From an uncultured Candidatus Rokubacteria bacterium (lineage in GTDB: Bacteria > Methylomirabilota > Methylomirabilia > Rokubacteriales > CSP1-6), in the NCBI GenBank assembly GCA_963789955.1, contig CAWBMV010000015.1:192001-256000 (forward strand): a stretch of 64,000 nucleotides of DNA, given 5' to 3'. Below, piece by piece: positions 53,363 to 63,586 of the stretch. The notes under the pieces are model-generated. The model had not been told where the DNA came from. It ran no database searches and worked only from the letters and a program-made list of their open reading frames with translations. Made by a program: the position numbers and the translations under genes. Numbering within the stretch: the stretch's first letter is position 1; every line of letters starts with the position of its first letter.

Positions 53363-54445
53363 TCACTCGAACATCAGCACCGTGCGGGCGACCTCGCCGG
53401 CCTTCATCGCGCGGAACGCCTCGTTCACGTCCTCGAGCTGTCCGCGCCGCGTGATCATCTCGTCCAGGCGCAGGCGGCCCTGCTGGTAGAAGTCGATGTA
53501 CTTCGGCATGTCGACCTGAAGCGGTTCGAGCCCATGCTGCAGCCCTGGATGCGCTTCTCGCGCAGGAACACGCTGCCCTCCAGCTCGATCTTCTGCCCGA
53601 CCGGGATCATGCCGATGATCGTCGCCGTGCCGCCCGGGCGGAGGCACTCGAACGCCTGCTCGGCCGTCTTCTTGAGGCCGATCGCCTCGAAGGCGTAGTC
53701 GACGCCGCCGTCGGTCATCTCGCGGATGGCCTCGACCGGGTCGCCGTGCGACGCGTCGACGATGTGCGTCGCGCCGAGCTCCCTGGCCTTCGCCAGCTTG
53801 TTCTCGAGCACGTCGACGGCGATGATCATGCCCGCGCCCGCGATGCGCGCGCCCTGGATCACGGCGAGGCCGACGCCGCCGGCGCCGAACACCGCGACCG
53901 TCGAGCCCGGCTCGACGCGCGCCGTGTTGAGCACCGCGCCCACGCCGGTCGTCACGCCGCAGCCGATCAGCGCGGCGCGGTCGAGCGGCATGTCGTCGCG
54001 GATCTTCACGAGCGCGTTCTCGTGCACCAGCATCTTCTCGGCGTAGGCGGAGAGGTTCGCGAACTGGTTCACCGGCGCGCCGTTCCAGGTGAGCTTCGGC
54101 GGCTCGCTGCGGCGCGCGCGACGCGGCCGGGACTGGCAGAGGTGCGTCCGCCCGGTCAGGCAGTAGGCGCAGTGACCGCAGAAGACCGAGAGGCAGGCGA
54201 TGACGTGGTCGCCCGGCTTGAACTCCGTCGACCTGCGGGCCGACCGCCTCGACGATGCCGGCCGCCTCGTGGCCGAGGATCGCCGGCGTCGGGAACGGGT
54301 AGTAGCCGTCGACGAAGTGCAGGTCGCTGTGGCAGACGCCGCTGGCGACGGTGCGCACGAGCACCTCGCGCCCGATGGGCTTCTCGATCTCGACGTCCTC
54401 GATCGTCAGGGGCTGGTGGGGACCGTGGAAGACGGCGGCTTTCAT
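53363..54445 (-). CDS. Zn-dependent alcohol dehydrogenase (class III-like); frameshifted
   Basis: GVCHSDLH, LGHEAAG, CGHCAYC..C, IGCGVTTG, VFGAGGVG. Confidence 0.93.
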   Translation of the reverse strand: MKAAVFHGPHQPLTIEDVEIEKPIGREVLVRTVASGVCHSDLHFVDGYYPFPTPAILGHEAAGIVEAVGPQVDGVQAGRPRHRLPLGLLRSLRLLPDRADAPLPVPAASRAPQRAAEAHLERRAGEPVREPLRLRREDAGARERAREDPRRHAARPRRADRLRRDDRRGRGAQHGARRAGLDGRGVRRRRRRPRRDPGRAHRGRGHDHRRRRAREQAGEGQGARRDAHRRRVARRPGRGHPRDDRRRRRLRLRGDRPQEDGRAGVRVPPPGRHGDDHRHDPGRAEDRAGGQRVPAREAHPGLQHGLEPLQVDMPKYIDFYQQGRLRLDEMITRRGQLEDVNEAFRAMKAGEVARTVLMFE

Positions 54446-54548
54446 GGAGAGCTCCTTTCCTCTGAGGGGACGCTACGTCACACCACGCCGGACGTCAACG
54501 TGTCCGGTCCGGACCGCTCGAGCGCAGCGTCCGGTCAGCCGCGAGCGG

Positions 54549-54956
54549 TCAGGATTTCCCCTCGGGCTCCCGGTCGACCGCGCGCCCGGCCGATGCCCAG
54601 CCGGTGAAGCCGACCGCGAGGTGCGCGACGTTCGGGAACCCCATCTCGCGGAGCACGTCCGCCGCGAGCGCGGAGCGCTGGCCGCCGGCGCAGTACACGA
54701 TGATGCGCTTCGTCGGGTCGATCTTGCCGCTGTAGTAGTGAGAGGTCGGGTCGAGCCAGAACTCGAGCATGCCGCGCGGCACGTGGGTCGAGCCGGGAAT
54801 GAACCCGACCTTGCGCCGCTCGCGGACGTCGCGGATGTCCACCACCTGGGCATCGCCGCGCGCGATCTCGGCTTCCACCTGCTCGATGGACAGATTCTCG
54901 ATCCGCGTCTTCGCTTCCTCGACCATCTGCCCGACGGTCTTCTTCGGCTTCCACAT
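54549..54956 (-). CDS. Rhodanese-like sulfurtransferase
   Basis: VDIRDVRE, IPGSTHVPRGMLEFW, YCAGGQRSALA; GAGGAG RBS before ATG54956. Confidence 0.9.
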   Translation of the reverse strand: MWKPKKTVGQMVEEAKTRIENLSIEQVEAEIARGDAQVVDIRDVRERRKVGFIPGSTHVPRGMLEFWLDPTSHYYSGKIDPTKRIIVYCAGGQRSALAADVLREMGFPNVAHLAVGFTGWASAGRAVDREPEGKS

Positions 54957-54967
54957 GTTGGGGCTCC

Positions 54968-55706
54968 TCAGACGTGTATCGTTCGCACCGGAGGCGAGCT
55001 CAGGCAACGTGCGCGACGCTGCGAAGCGTCCGATGTCCTGGCGGGCGCGGTCGGTGAGCGCGTAGGTCGCGCGCTGCAGCCGCCGGAACCAGCCATAGAC
55101 GTCGCGCTGGAGAATGCGCGGCGCGTTCGGCACCAGCCCCGTCTCGCGCAGGGTCTTCAGGCTCGCGCGCCCGCCGCGCTCGATGAGGATCGCGCAGCGG
55201 AGCGCCTCCTGGCGATAGGCGGTCACGATGGGCGTCCGGGTGACGCCGCCGCGGTTCGGATCGCCGACGCGCCGCCCGTGCTCGCCGAGCAGACGCGTCA
55301 GATTCGCGGTCCGCCGGCGCGGCCGGTATGGAACGGGATCGAGGACCACCTCCACGCAGGCAGCGGTACTTCCCGGCGCGACGGTCATCAATCCGAGGCC
55401 GAGCCGGCGACACAGGTCACGCACGTCGCGCCGAAGAACGGAATGGCGGCGACCGCGCCGGCCGCGGGGTCGCCCGACGGCGAGGTACACGCGGTCCGTC
55501 ATCGTGAGCCGATCGACGCCCTGGAGCACGAGGCTCAGGCTGAAGGCCAGCTTCAGCTCGACGATCACGGGCGGCTCCTCGCCGCGTACCGCGACGACGT
55601 CGCAGCCACGGACCTCCGCCTTGACGTCGTAGCCCAGACCTTCGAGGAACGCCTTCACGGCCGGATAGAGGTCGGCCTCGGCGCACGCGGGTCCGCGACG
55701 TCGCAT
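54968..55706 (-). CDS. DUF2161-family putative PD-(D/E)XK protein
   Basis: EADLYPAVKAFLE..GYDVKAEV..CDVVAVRG..VIVELK; GDPNRGG..IVTAYRQEAL; YGWF. Confidence 0.85.
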
Positions 55707-55797
55707 CGACGCGATTCTACGCGGCCGACCCGCGAAAACGGCCACGTTCTCGTTTGTCTCACGGCCGGACAGACGGCTCGCGCGCGCCTGTCGTCTT

Positions 55798-56798
55798 TCA
55801 CGTGCGTACGGCCGGCAGCACCTTCTCGCCGAAGAGCCGGACGGTCGCGACCGGGTCGACCGCGAGGCTGACCGAGAACATGAGCCGCCGCACACCGGCC
55901 GCCCGAGCCGCGCGCACCTGCGCCAGACACTCATCGGGCGTGCCGCAGATGGCCAGACGCCCGGCGAGGTAGTCGAACAGGCCGAGCTCGGTCACGAGGG
56001 CGGCGTCGGCGGCGCCGGGCCGCGTGCTGTAGCGGCGGCGCAGCTCCTGCAGCGCCGCGCGATGCTGCGGCGGGCACACCACGCCGAGCCAGATCGCCGC
56101 CGCCCATGACGTAGGCCGACACGAACGCGAGGATCGCGCCGATCTTGCGTCGCGAGGCATCGCCGTCCGTGCTGCAGTCGAGACACGCGATCTGCCAGAT
56201 CTCGATGTCATCCGGGTTCCGGCCGGCGGCGCGCGCCGCTCGTGCAACCGCGCCCTCCGACTCGGCGACATTCGCGGCGGCGAGGCCGTAGTTGATGAAG
56301 ACGCCGTCTGCGTGCGCTCCCGCGGCGCTGAGTGAACGCGGATGGGATGCCGCGAGGAAGACCGGACTCGGTCGCTTCACCCACGGCAGGTGCGCGGTGC
56401 CGCCGCGGTACGACGCCGGGCGCCCGCGCAAGAGCTCCTTGATGAACGCGACGCCGTCGGCGAGCTCACCCGCCGGCAGACTTGCCGTCCCGAGGTTTCG
56501 CGTGCCGCTGTGGCCCGACGCCGATTCCGAGCACCGCGCGCCCGGGGGCCAGCAGATCGATCGACGCGATCGAGGCCGCCGCGACGGCCGGATGGCGCGT
56601 CACGAGGTTGGTCACGCAGACGGAGACCCGCGCGCGGCGTGTGTCCGAGGCCAGGAGCGTCGTCGCCACCCACGGATCCATCGCGATGCCCGGCGTGTCG
56701 GCGATGCCGACCATGTCGTAGCCGAGGGCGTCGGCCGCCTCGGCCATCGCCCGCACGAGTGCCACGTCATACGGCCAGAAGAAGAACCCGACCTCCAC
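55798..56798 (-). CDS. LLM-class flavin-dependent oxidoreductase (Mer-like); frameshifted
   Basis: GYDMVGIADT, CVTNLVTRHPAVAA, APGRAVLGIG, AICGTPDEC. Confidence 0.88.
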
Positions 56799-56822
56799 GT
56801 CAGGTCGTGAGCGCCGTGCCCC

Positions 56823-56945
56823 TCACGAGGGCCGGCGGCTCAAGAGGGAATCGAGCTGTGCCGCGTCGATCCACGCCGCGAAGACCTTGTCGGCCCCGGC
56901 CTCGAGCGTGCGGACCTGCGTGACCGACTCGTCGGTGTCGTGCAT
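56823..56945 (-). pseudogene. 40-aa N-terminal remnant of an SRPBCC/AHSA1 protein
   Basis: VRTLEAGADKVFAAWIDAAQL resembles the 'R...A..E.VF.AWTDP' SRPBCC start; GGGAG RBS. Confidence 0.45.
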
Positions 56946-57011
56946 GTTCTCCCGCTCTCTATGATTCTCTCGCCGGCGCGAAGCGATCGCCAATCGCGGC
57001 CCGCGGGGCCG

Positions 57012-57453
57012 CTAGGGGCGCGGCGCCGCCGCCGGCGGCATGCGAACGCGCGTCCACATGTTGACGACGAAGAGCAGCGACGCCACCGGTCTGTCCGAGA
57101 CCACCGAGCGCGATCATCACGCGCAGAGCCGTCGAGTCCGAGTAGCCGCCGAGCGTCTCGGCGAGCGCTCGCACGCATGTGGCCACGGTCATCAGCCAGT
57201 AGACGGCCTCGGCGAGCTCCGGGCGGTAGCGTCGATCGTCGCGGGCCGGCCGCGGGAACATCCACGTGGCCACGCCCATCACGATCATGAGCATGAAGCC
57301 CACCAGGAGGAGATGCACGTGCGCCGTGATGACCAGTCGCGGCGGGTAGGCCCCCGCGAGGAACTGGCCGACGCTGACGTAGGAGCCGAGCAGCACACCG
57401 GCGATCAAGAAGGCGAAGCTCGTCTTGATATATCGGCGGATCAGAGGCGGCAC
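57012..57453 (-). CDS. Small 4-TM membrane protein with HxH motif (cytochrome oxidase subunit I-like / NnrS-like fragment family); frameshift near 57090
   Basis: ITAHVHLLLVGFMLMIVMGVATWMFPR. Confidence 0.65.
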
Positions 57454-57457
57454 TAGC

Positions 57458-57727
57458 TCAGCGGGAGAAGCGCTGGGCCGCTCGTGCCCGTGCCTTGGCC
57501 GCTTCGTCCTCTCGGCTCCGCGGCGGCGCGTTCGTCTCGAGCGCGCCGAGCAGATTGCGCGAGACCGCGGCGATCTCGTCGATCGCCGCGAGAAACGCCG
57601 CCTCGTTGGCCTTCGACGGCTTGTTGAAGCCGCTCAGCTTCCGGACGAACTGCAGGGAGGCCGCTCGGATCTCTTCGTCGGTCACCGGCGGCTCGAAGTT
57701 GAACAAGGTCTTGATGTTTCGGCACAC
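57458..57727 (-). CDS. DUF2277 family protein
   Basis: MCRNIKTLFNFEPPVTDEEIRAASLQFVRKLSGF. Confidence 0.9.
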   Translation of the reverse strand: MCRNIKTLFNFEPPVTDEEIRAASLQFVRKLSGFNKPSKANEAAFLAAIDEIAAVSRNLLGALETNAPPRSREDEAAKARARAAQRFSR

Positions 57728-57745
57728 GGGTGGTTCCTCACGCGC

Positions 57746-58882
57746 CTAGCACCGCGTGAGCTCCTCTCTCAGGCGCGCCGCGACGGTCGCCTCTTCCCCG
57801 GGCTGGAGATTGATCGGGTCGACCGCGATCTCGTCGAAGTAGCCGCCCTGATGGGCGCCTTGCTGCACGTAGATGTGCGGATCACCCTTGGCCAGCGCGA
57901 CCTGCACGGCGTTGCCCGACGGCCCCGTCCAGTCCGGTGTGAAGTAGACGACCGCGTGGGGGATCACGCGGTTCACCGGGTCGTGCTCGACCACACAGCG
58001 CAGGCCGGGGATGTCCGAGAGCTTCTCGACGATGATCGTGCACACGTCGATGTAGCGCTTCATCTCCGCGGCCTCGTCCTCGGCGATGAACAGCTCGAGC
58101 GCCGTGACCAGGCCGCAGATCTCTTCCTTCGACGTCTTCGCGGCGCGCCCCAGCGCCTGGTTGGGGCTCGCGTTGAGCGAGACCGCGCGCACGAGATCGC
58201 GCCGACCCGCGAGGATGCCGGTGGACTGCGGCCCGCGGATGCCCTTGCCGCCGCTGAAGCTCACGAGATCGGCGCCGAGCCGGAGGAACTTGGTCAGGTT
58301 CTCGCGCGGCGGCAGCATCGACGCCGCGTCGACGATGACCGGGACGCCGCGGCGGTGGGCGATCGCGACGACCTGCGCCAGGGTGAGCACGCCCGGCGGG
58401 CTCGTGAACGGCGAGATCAGGTAGGCGACGGCGGCGGTCTTCTCCGTGATCGCGTCTTCGAGCTCGAACGGCTGCGTGCGGCGCGCCAGGCCGATCTCGA
58501 CCAGGACGCCGCCGGCAACGCGGTAGGCCTGATCGTAGGCGAAGCGATGCGCGCGCTGGATCACGATCTCGTTCCGCATCCCGCGCGTGTCGGGCAATCG
58601 CGTGATCTTCGCCGGGTCGTCGCCCGCGATGCACGCGGCGGCCTGCAAGATCAGTCCCGAGCTGGCGCCGGCGGTGACGAAGGCCGCCTCGGCGCCGAGC
58701 ATGCGGGCGATCGCGGCTCCGGCGGCCTCGTTGAGCTCGTCGATGTTCACGAGGACCGTCGAGGCCTGGCGCATCGACTCGAGCGCCTCGGGTCGCAGGC
58801 GCGAGCCGCCGTAGCGTGTGGTGGTCCCGGAGCCGTGAATGACGGGACGAACGCCGAGCTTCTTGTAGACGTCGGGGATCAT
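57746..58882 (-). CDS. SelA-like / DgaE-family PLP-dependent enzyme
   Basis: LGVRPVIHGSGTTTRYGGS, VIVDAAS, GADLVSFSGGKGIRGPQSTGIL, KTSKEEI. Confidence 0.85.
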   Translation of the reverse strand: MIPDVYKKLGVRPVIHGSGTTTRYGGSRLRPEALESMRQASTVLVNIDELNEAAGAAIARMLGAEAAFVTAGASSGLILQAAACIAGDDPAKITRLPDTRGMRNEIVIQRAHRFAYDQAYRVAGGVLVEIGLARRTQPFELEDAITEKTAAVAYLISPFTSPPGVLTLAQVVAIAHRRGVPVIVDAASMLPPRENLTKFLRLGADLVSFSGGKGIRGPQSTGILAGRRDLVRAVSLNASPNQALGRAAKTSKEEICGLVTALELFIAEDEAAEMKRYIDVCTIIVEKLSDIPGLRCVVEHDPVNRVIPHAVVYFTPDWTGPSGNAVQVALAKGDPHIYVQQGAHQGGYFDEIAVDPINLQPGEEATVAARLREELTRC

Positions 58883-60249
58883 GCGAGGCCCTCCTCCTTC
58901 ATGTCGCGGATCGCCGCCTCGAATGCGGTCAGGGTCTCGCCGATGACCTCGTCGGTATGGCAGGTGCCCACGAGCGCCCGCCCGCCGTTGAAGTCGACGC
59001 CGTGCAGGATGAGCGCCTGACGGAGCGCCCGGCTCTGCTCGGCGCTCTTCGCGTCGAGCCGTCGCCAGTCGACGTCCTGCACCGACTGATCCGAGCCGTC
59101 GCGCGGAGGCGTGCCGGCGCCGAAGAAGATCTTCCAGTCGCTGTGATCGCCGTAGATCTTCCACGGCACGCTCTCGCGCGCCAGGATCTCGTTCATGCCG
59201 TGGCGCAGCTTGGCGGCCTGCTGGTTGGCGAAGCGGATCGCCTGGCCGTCGGCCACGGAGGACAGCATCGCGACACCGGCCGCCGCCGACAGCGGATTGG
59301 CGTTGAAGGTGCCGGCGTGGGCGATCTTGGCGCGGCGGTTCTCCTCCGCGGTCGGCTTCGTGGCCAGATAGCTCATCACGTCCTCACGGCCGGCGCAGGC
59401 GCCGCCCGGAAGCCCGCCGGAGAGGATCTTCGCCATCGTCGTGAGGTCGGGCCGGATGCCGAGCTTTTCCTGGGCGCCGCCGGGCGCCACGCGGAAGCCG
59501 GTGACGACCTCGTCGAAGATCAGCAGCACGTTCGCGCGCCGGGTCTCCTCGCGAAGCGCGGCGACGAAGGACGCCGGCGCCGGCACCGAGCCAAAGTGAC
59601 CACCGGTCGGCTCGATGATCACCGCGGCCACGTCGCCCTTGGCGAGGCGCGCGCGCACCGCGCCGATGTCGTTGGGCGGCAGCACGGAGACCAGATCGAC
59701 CACTTCGGGAAGCTGGCCGGCCTCGGGCTCGGCCTCGTAGGGCGCGCGCACGCCGACCTCGAGCCCCTCGTGCCAGCCGTGGAAGTGGCCGGCGAACTTG
59801 ACGACGTGACGCTTGCCCGTGAACGCGCGGGCCAGCCGCACGGCCATGTGGGTGGCCTCGGTGCCCGTTCCGGTGAAGCGCACCCGCTCGGCGCTCGGCA
59901 CGAGCCGGCACACCCACTCGCCCCACTCGACTTCCTTCTCGTGACACGCGCCGTAGTGGGTGCCGCGCAGCGCCTGCTCGCGCACGGCCTCCGCCACCTG
60001 TCGCGGATTGTGCCCGAGGAGCAAAGCGCCATGCCCCATCCAGTAGTCGACATAGCGGTTGCCGTCGACGTCCCACTTGTAGGCGCCATCGGCGCGGGCG
60101 ATGTAGAGCGGGAACGGCTGCATGCGACGGTTGTCGTGAGTCACCGCGTCGGGGAAGAGGCGCCGGGCGCGCTCGTACAGCGCGCGCGAGGCGGGCAGTG
60201 CGTCGGTGTAGCTGTCCTGGAGCTTGGACGAAGCGGCGAGGCGGGCCAT
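58879..60249 (-). CDS. Class III aminotransferase (GSA aminomutase-like)
   Basis: WDVDGNRYVDY, GTEAT, HFHGWH, LLIFDEVVTGFR, AKILSGGLP, AGTFNANP. Confidence 0.9.
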   Translation of the reverse strand: MARLAASSKLQDSYTDALPASRALYERARRLFPDAVTHDNRRMQPFPLYIARADGAYKWDVDGNRYVDYWMGHGALLLGHNPRQVAEAVREQALRGTHYGACHEKEVEWGEWVCRLVPSAERVRFTGTGTEATHMAVRLARAFTGKRHVVKFAGHFHGWHEGLEVGVRAPYEAEPEAGQLPEVVDLVSVLPPNDIGAVRARLAKGDVAAVIIEPTGGHFGSVPAPASFVAALREETRRANVLLIFDEVVTGFRVAPGGAQEKLGIRPDLTTMAKILSGGLPGGACAGREDVMSYLATKPTAEENRRAKIAHAGTFNANPLSAAAGVAMLSSVADGQAIRFANQQAAKLRHGMNEILARESVPWKIYGDHSDWKIFFGAGTPPRDGSDQSVQDVDWRRLDAKSAEQSRALRQALILHGVDFNGGRALVGTCHTDEVIGETLTAFEAAIRDMKEEGLA

Positions 60250-60383
60250 GAGAGATCTCCTCTGATTGGAGGCCGTGATGATCGGCGACGCCGGTACGTT
60301 ACGCCCGTCGTCCGGCGCCGGTCAAGGAAGCGCATCCGCGACGCTCGCGTTCGCGGTAGTATCTCCGCTCGCGGAGGATTCTC

Positions 60384-61800
60384 ATGCGTGCGTCCTCGTC
60401 CTCTCGGTCGTCGTCGCCGCCGTGCTCGTCTCTCCGGTGTCACGACCCGGACCCAGCGCGCAGCCGGCCACGCTCGAGCCGCACCAGCAGCTCCTGCGCG
60501 AGATCTATCAGGAGCTGATCGAGATCAACACGACCAACTCCGTCGGCGACAACACCAGGGCGGCGGAGGCGATGGCTCGCCGGCTGATCGCCGCCGGGTT
60601 CTCGGCCGCCGACGTCCAGGTGCTGGTGCCGACTCCGCGCAAGGGCAACATGGTGGCGCGCCTGCGCGGCACCGGGGCCCGACGGCCGCTGCTGCTGCTG
60701 GCTCATCTCGACGTCGTCGAGGCGAATCGGGAAGACTGGTCGGTCGATCCCTTCAAGCTGCTCGAGCGGGACGGCTACTTCTACGGCCGCGGCACCACCG
60801 ACGACAAGGCCATGGCCGCGTCGTTCGTGGCGAATCTGATCCGCTACCGGCGGGAGGGCTTCGTGCCCGACCGCGATCGTCATCGTGGCGCTGACGGCGG
60901 ACGAAGAAGGCGGCGGGCACAACGGCGTGGTGTGGCTCCTCAAGGAGCATCGGGCGCTGATCGACGCCGAGCTGGCGATCAACGAGGGCGGCGGCGGGGC
61001 GCTGCAGAAGGGACGGCGTGCGGTCAACAGCCTCCAGGCGAGTGAGAAGATCGTCCAGAGCTATCGGCTCGAGGTGACGAACCGCGGCGGGCACAGCTCG
61101 TTGCCCGTCAAGGACAACGCGATCTGGCACCTCGCCGCCGGCCTGGCGCGGCTGGCCGATTTCGACTTCCCGGTCAACCTCGACGAGGTGAACCGGCAGT
61201 TCTTCGAGCGCACGAGCGCGCAGATCGGCGGATCGCTCGGGGACGACTTCCGCGCGGTCGCGACCGGCAACCGTGATCCGGCGGTCGTGGCGCGGGTCGC
61301 CGCGCTGGGCCCGGTGTTCAACTCGCGGCTGCGCACGACGTGCGTCCCGACGAGGCTCGAGGGCGGCCACGCCGACAACGCGCTGCCGCAGACGGCCCGC
61401 GCCGTCGTGAACTGTCGCGTGCTTCCGAACGAGACGGAAGCAGGACGTGCGCCAGCAGCTCGTCCGCGCGCTCGCGAACGACAAGATCAAGGTGACGCCG
61501 ACCAACAAGTTCTTCCCGAGCCCGCCGTCGCCGCTCACGCCCGAGATCATGAGCGCGGTGGAACGCGTGACGCAGGCGCTGTGGCCCGGCGTTCCCGTCG
61601 TGCCGACGATGTCGACCGGCGCCACCGACTCGAGATATCTGCGCTCCGCCGGCATTCCGGCCTACGGCACATCCGGGATGTTCGGCGAGGTCGACGACAT
61701 CCGAGCACATGGTCGCGACGAGCGGCTGCTCGTGCGGTCGCTCTACGAGGGGCAGGAGTATCTCTATCGGCTCGTGAAGGTGCTCTCGTCCAAGCCGTAG
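60384..61800 (+). CDS. Exported M20/M25/M40 metallo-hydrolase; frameshifted
   Basis: LLLAHLDVV, YGRGTTDDK, TADEE, GGHSS, GGHADNALP, STGATDS, AHGRDER. Confidence 0.9.
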
Positions 61801-61806
61801 ACACAG

Positions 61807-61844
61807 CGACGCCGGTCAACGCGCCTCGGCGCTGACCGGCGTCG
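61807..61844. terminator. Hairpin between convergent genes (putative bidirectional terminator)
   Basis: CGACGCCGGTCA...TGACCGGCGTCG perfect 12-bp stem with inner GCGCC/GGCGC. Confidence 0.65.
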
Positions 61845-61870
61845 GGAAACTCTCGGGGAAGGCCGCCGCG

Positions 61871-62314
61871 CTACTCGAGATCCAGCTCGTCGCGCTTCGG
61901 CCCGACCGTCTTCATCGTCTCGAACCCGTTCTCGACCATGTCGCAGTAGAGCTCGACCCGGTTACCGTCCGGATCGAAGAAATAGACGCTCCGGGTCACG
62001 TTGTGCTCGGCGGTGCTGTCGAGCGGGATCCCCATTCGCTTGAGCTCTTTGTAGGCGGCCTTGAGCTCCTCGAAGTTGTCGAGGCGCCACGCGACGTGGT
62101 GCAGGCCCGGCTGAGTCTTCGCCGGCGGCTCGCCGGTCGCTTGCTGGAAGAGCGCCAGGTCGTGGTGCTCCTTGCCGAAGCTGAGGAACACGGCGCCGCG
62201 CTCGAGATTCTCGTGAGCCACCTTCAGGCCCAGGGTCTGCGTGTAGAAGTCCCGAGATTTCTCGGCATTTCGGACGTTCAGCACGACGTGACCGAGCCGC
62301 TTCGCCTGGATCAT
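61871..62314 (-). CDS. VOC family protein
   Basis: LGHVVLNV, HHDLAL, GLHHVAW, SVYFFDPDGNRVELY. Confidence 0.9.
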   Translation of the reverse strand: MIQAKRLGHVVLNVRNAEKSRDFYTQTLGLKVAHENLERGAVFLSFGKEHHDLALFQQATGEPPAKTQPGLHHVAWRLDNFEELKAAYKELKRMGIPLDSTAEHNVTRSVYFFDPDGNRVELYCDMVENGFETMKTVGPKRDELDLE

Positions 62315-62466
62315 GGTGTCCCTCCCCGGAGCACCGAGGGCGCTCCCGTGTACCCTCGCGCTTCGCTTACTTTACCGCGCTTTCGCCTCCGCTGCGCAAC
62401 CCCCGATTGCAGCGCGCCGCGAATTCTGGAACACGAGCGCCACTCTCGTGCCGGACGCACGCCAGC

Positions 62467-63579
62467 TCACGTGGCGCGAGAATCGGCCGCCACGACGAGG
62501 CGCTGGCGGCGCTCGACGCCGCCGCGCACGAGGGGAACCAGCTCGCGCCCGAACTCGATCGCGTCCTGGAGCGGGTCGAATCCGCGGATCAGCACGGTGC
62601 CGGCCCCGGCGTCGTAGTAGTCGAGCAAGGATTCGGCGACCTGCTCGGCGGTCCCGACCAGCGCCGTGGTGCTGCCGGCGGCTCCCGTGGCGGCGGCGAT
62701 CGCGGTCCAGAGGCGCTTGTCGTGCACCTCGCCCCGGCCGGCAAGATCGAGCAACCGCTGCGAGCCGATGCTCTGCGGCCGCGCCGGCGTCGTCGCACCG
62801 CCCCGCAGCTCGACGATGCGCTCGAGAATGCCGCGCGCGCGGGCCCAGGCTTTCTCTTCGGTCGCGCCGAGGATCGGACGCACCGACACGCTGAACCGCG
62901 GCGCGCGGCCTGGAGGCGCGGCGGCGCGTACCTCGGCGATCGACTGTCGGATGGCCGCGACCGGCTCACCCCAGAGCGCGTAGACGTCGCAGTGGCGCGC
63001 GCCGACCGCGAGTGCTGCGCCGGAGGCGCCGCCGAAGTAGATCGGAATCGCCGGCTGCTGCAGCGGCTTGACCTCGGAGAAGGCGCCGCGCACCCGGTAG
63101 AACTCGCCGTCGAAGTCGAATGGACGGCTGCTGGTCCAGGTGCGACGCAGGACTTCGAGATACTCGTCGGTCCGTCGGTAGCGGGCGTCGTGGTCGAGGA
63201 AGTCGCCGTCGCGCTGCTGCTCGACGTCGCTGCCGCCGGTGATGATGTGGAGCGCGATGCGGCCGCCGGTCAGGTGGTCGAGCGAGGCGGCTTTCCGCGC
63301 GGCGAGCGTCGGCGCGACGAACCCGGGGCGATGGGCGATGAGGAAGCCGAGCCGCGTCGTGGCCGCGGCGGCGTGCGCCGTGACCACGAAGCCGTCGGCG
63401 CCCGTCGAGCCGTAGCCGACCAGCACGCGGTCGAAGCCGCCTTCTTCGTGGATGCGGGCGAACTCCGCGATGAAGCGCGGATCGACGGCGCCGGTGATGA
63501 TCGACTTGCCGTAGATCTCCGACGCCAAGGTCGTCGAGATCATCCCGATGATTTCGATTCCGGAGCTCCGCACGGTCAC
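62467..63579 (-). CDS. LLM-class monooxygenase (SsuD-like)
   Basis: FLIAHRPGF..PTLAAR, GGRIALHIITG, RYRRTDEY, IYFGGAS, LWGEP, ALVGT. Confidence 0.92.
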   Translation of the reverse strand: MTVRSSGIEIIGMISTTLASEIYGKSIITGAVDPRFIAEFARIHEEGGFDRVLVGYGSTGADGFVVTAHAAAATTRLGFLIAHRPGFVAPTLAARKAASLDHLTGGRIALHIITGGSDVEQQRDGDFLDHDARYRRTDEYLEVLRRTWTSSRPFDFDGEFYRVRGAFSEVKPLQQPAIPIYFGGASGAALAVGARHCDVYALWGEPVAAIRQSIAEVRAAAPPGRAPRFSVSVRPILGATEEKAWARARGILERIVELRGGATTPARPQSIGSQRLLDLAGRGEVHDKRLWTAIAAATGAAGSTTALVGTAEQVAESLLDYYDAGAGTVLIRGFDPLQDAIEFGRELVPLVRGGVERRQRLVVAADSRAT

Positions 63580-63586
63580 CTCCGCC

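Noticed and set aside
54549..55934. Apparent DUF2161-rhodanese fusion
   Set aside because: Rhodanese has its own GAGGAG RBS and ATG54956, with an off-frame TGA at 54968-54970 just upstream; likely an indel artefact.
57746..58882. Selenocysteine synthase selA supporting the nearby selenoprotein
   Set aside because: About 378 aa, lacks the SelA N-terminal extension, has no selB neighbour, and the motifs fit the SelA-like/DgaE group.
58879..60249. hemL
   Set aside because: GSA-like fold, but divergent motifs (GTGTEAT, HFHGWHE) and no hem context; gene symbol withheld.
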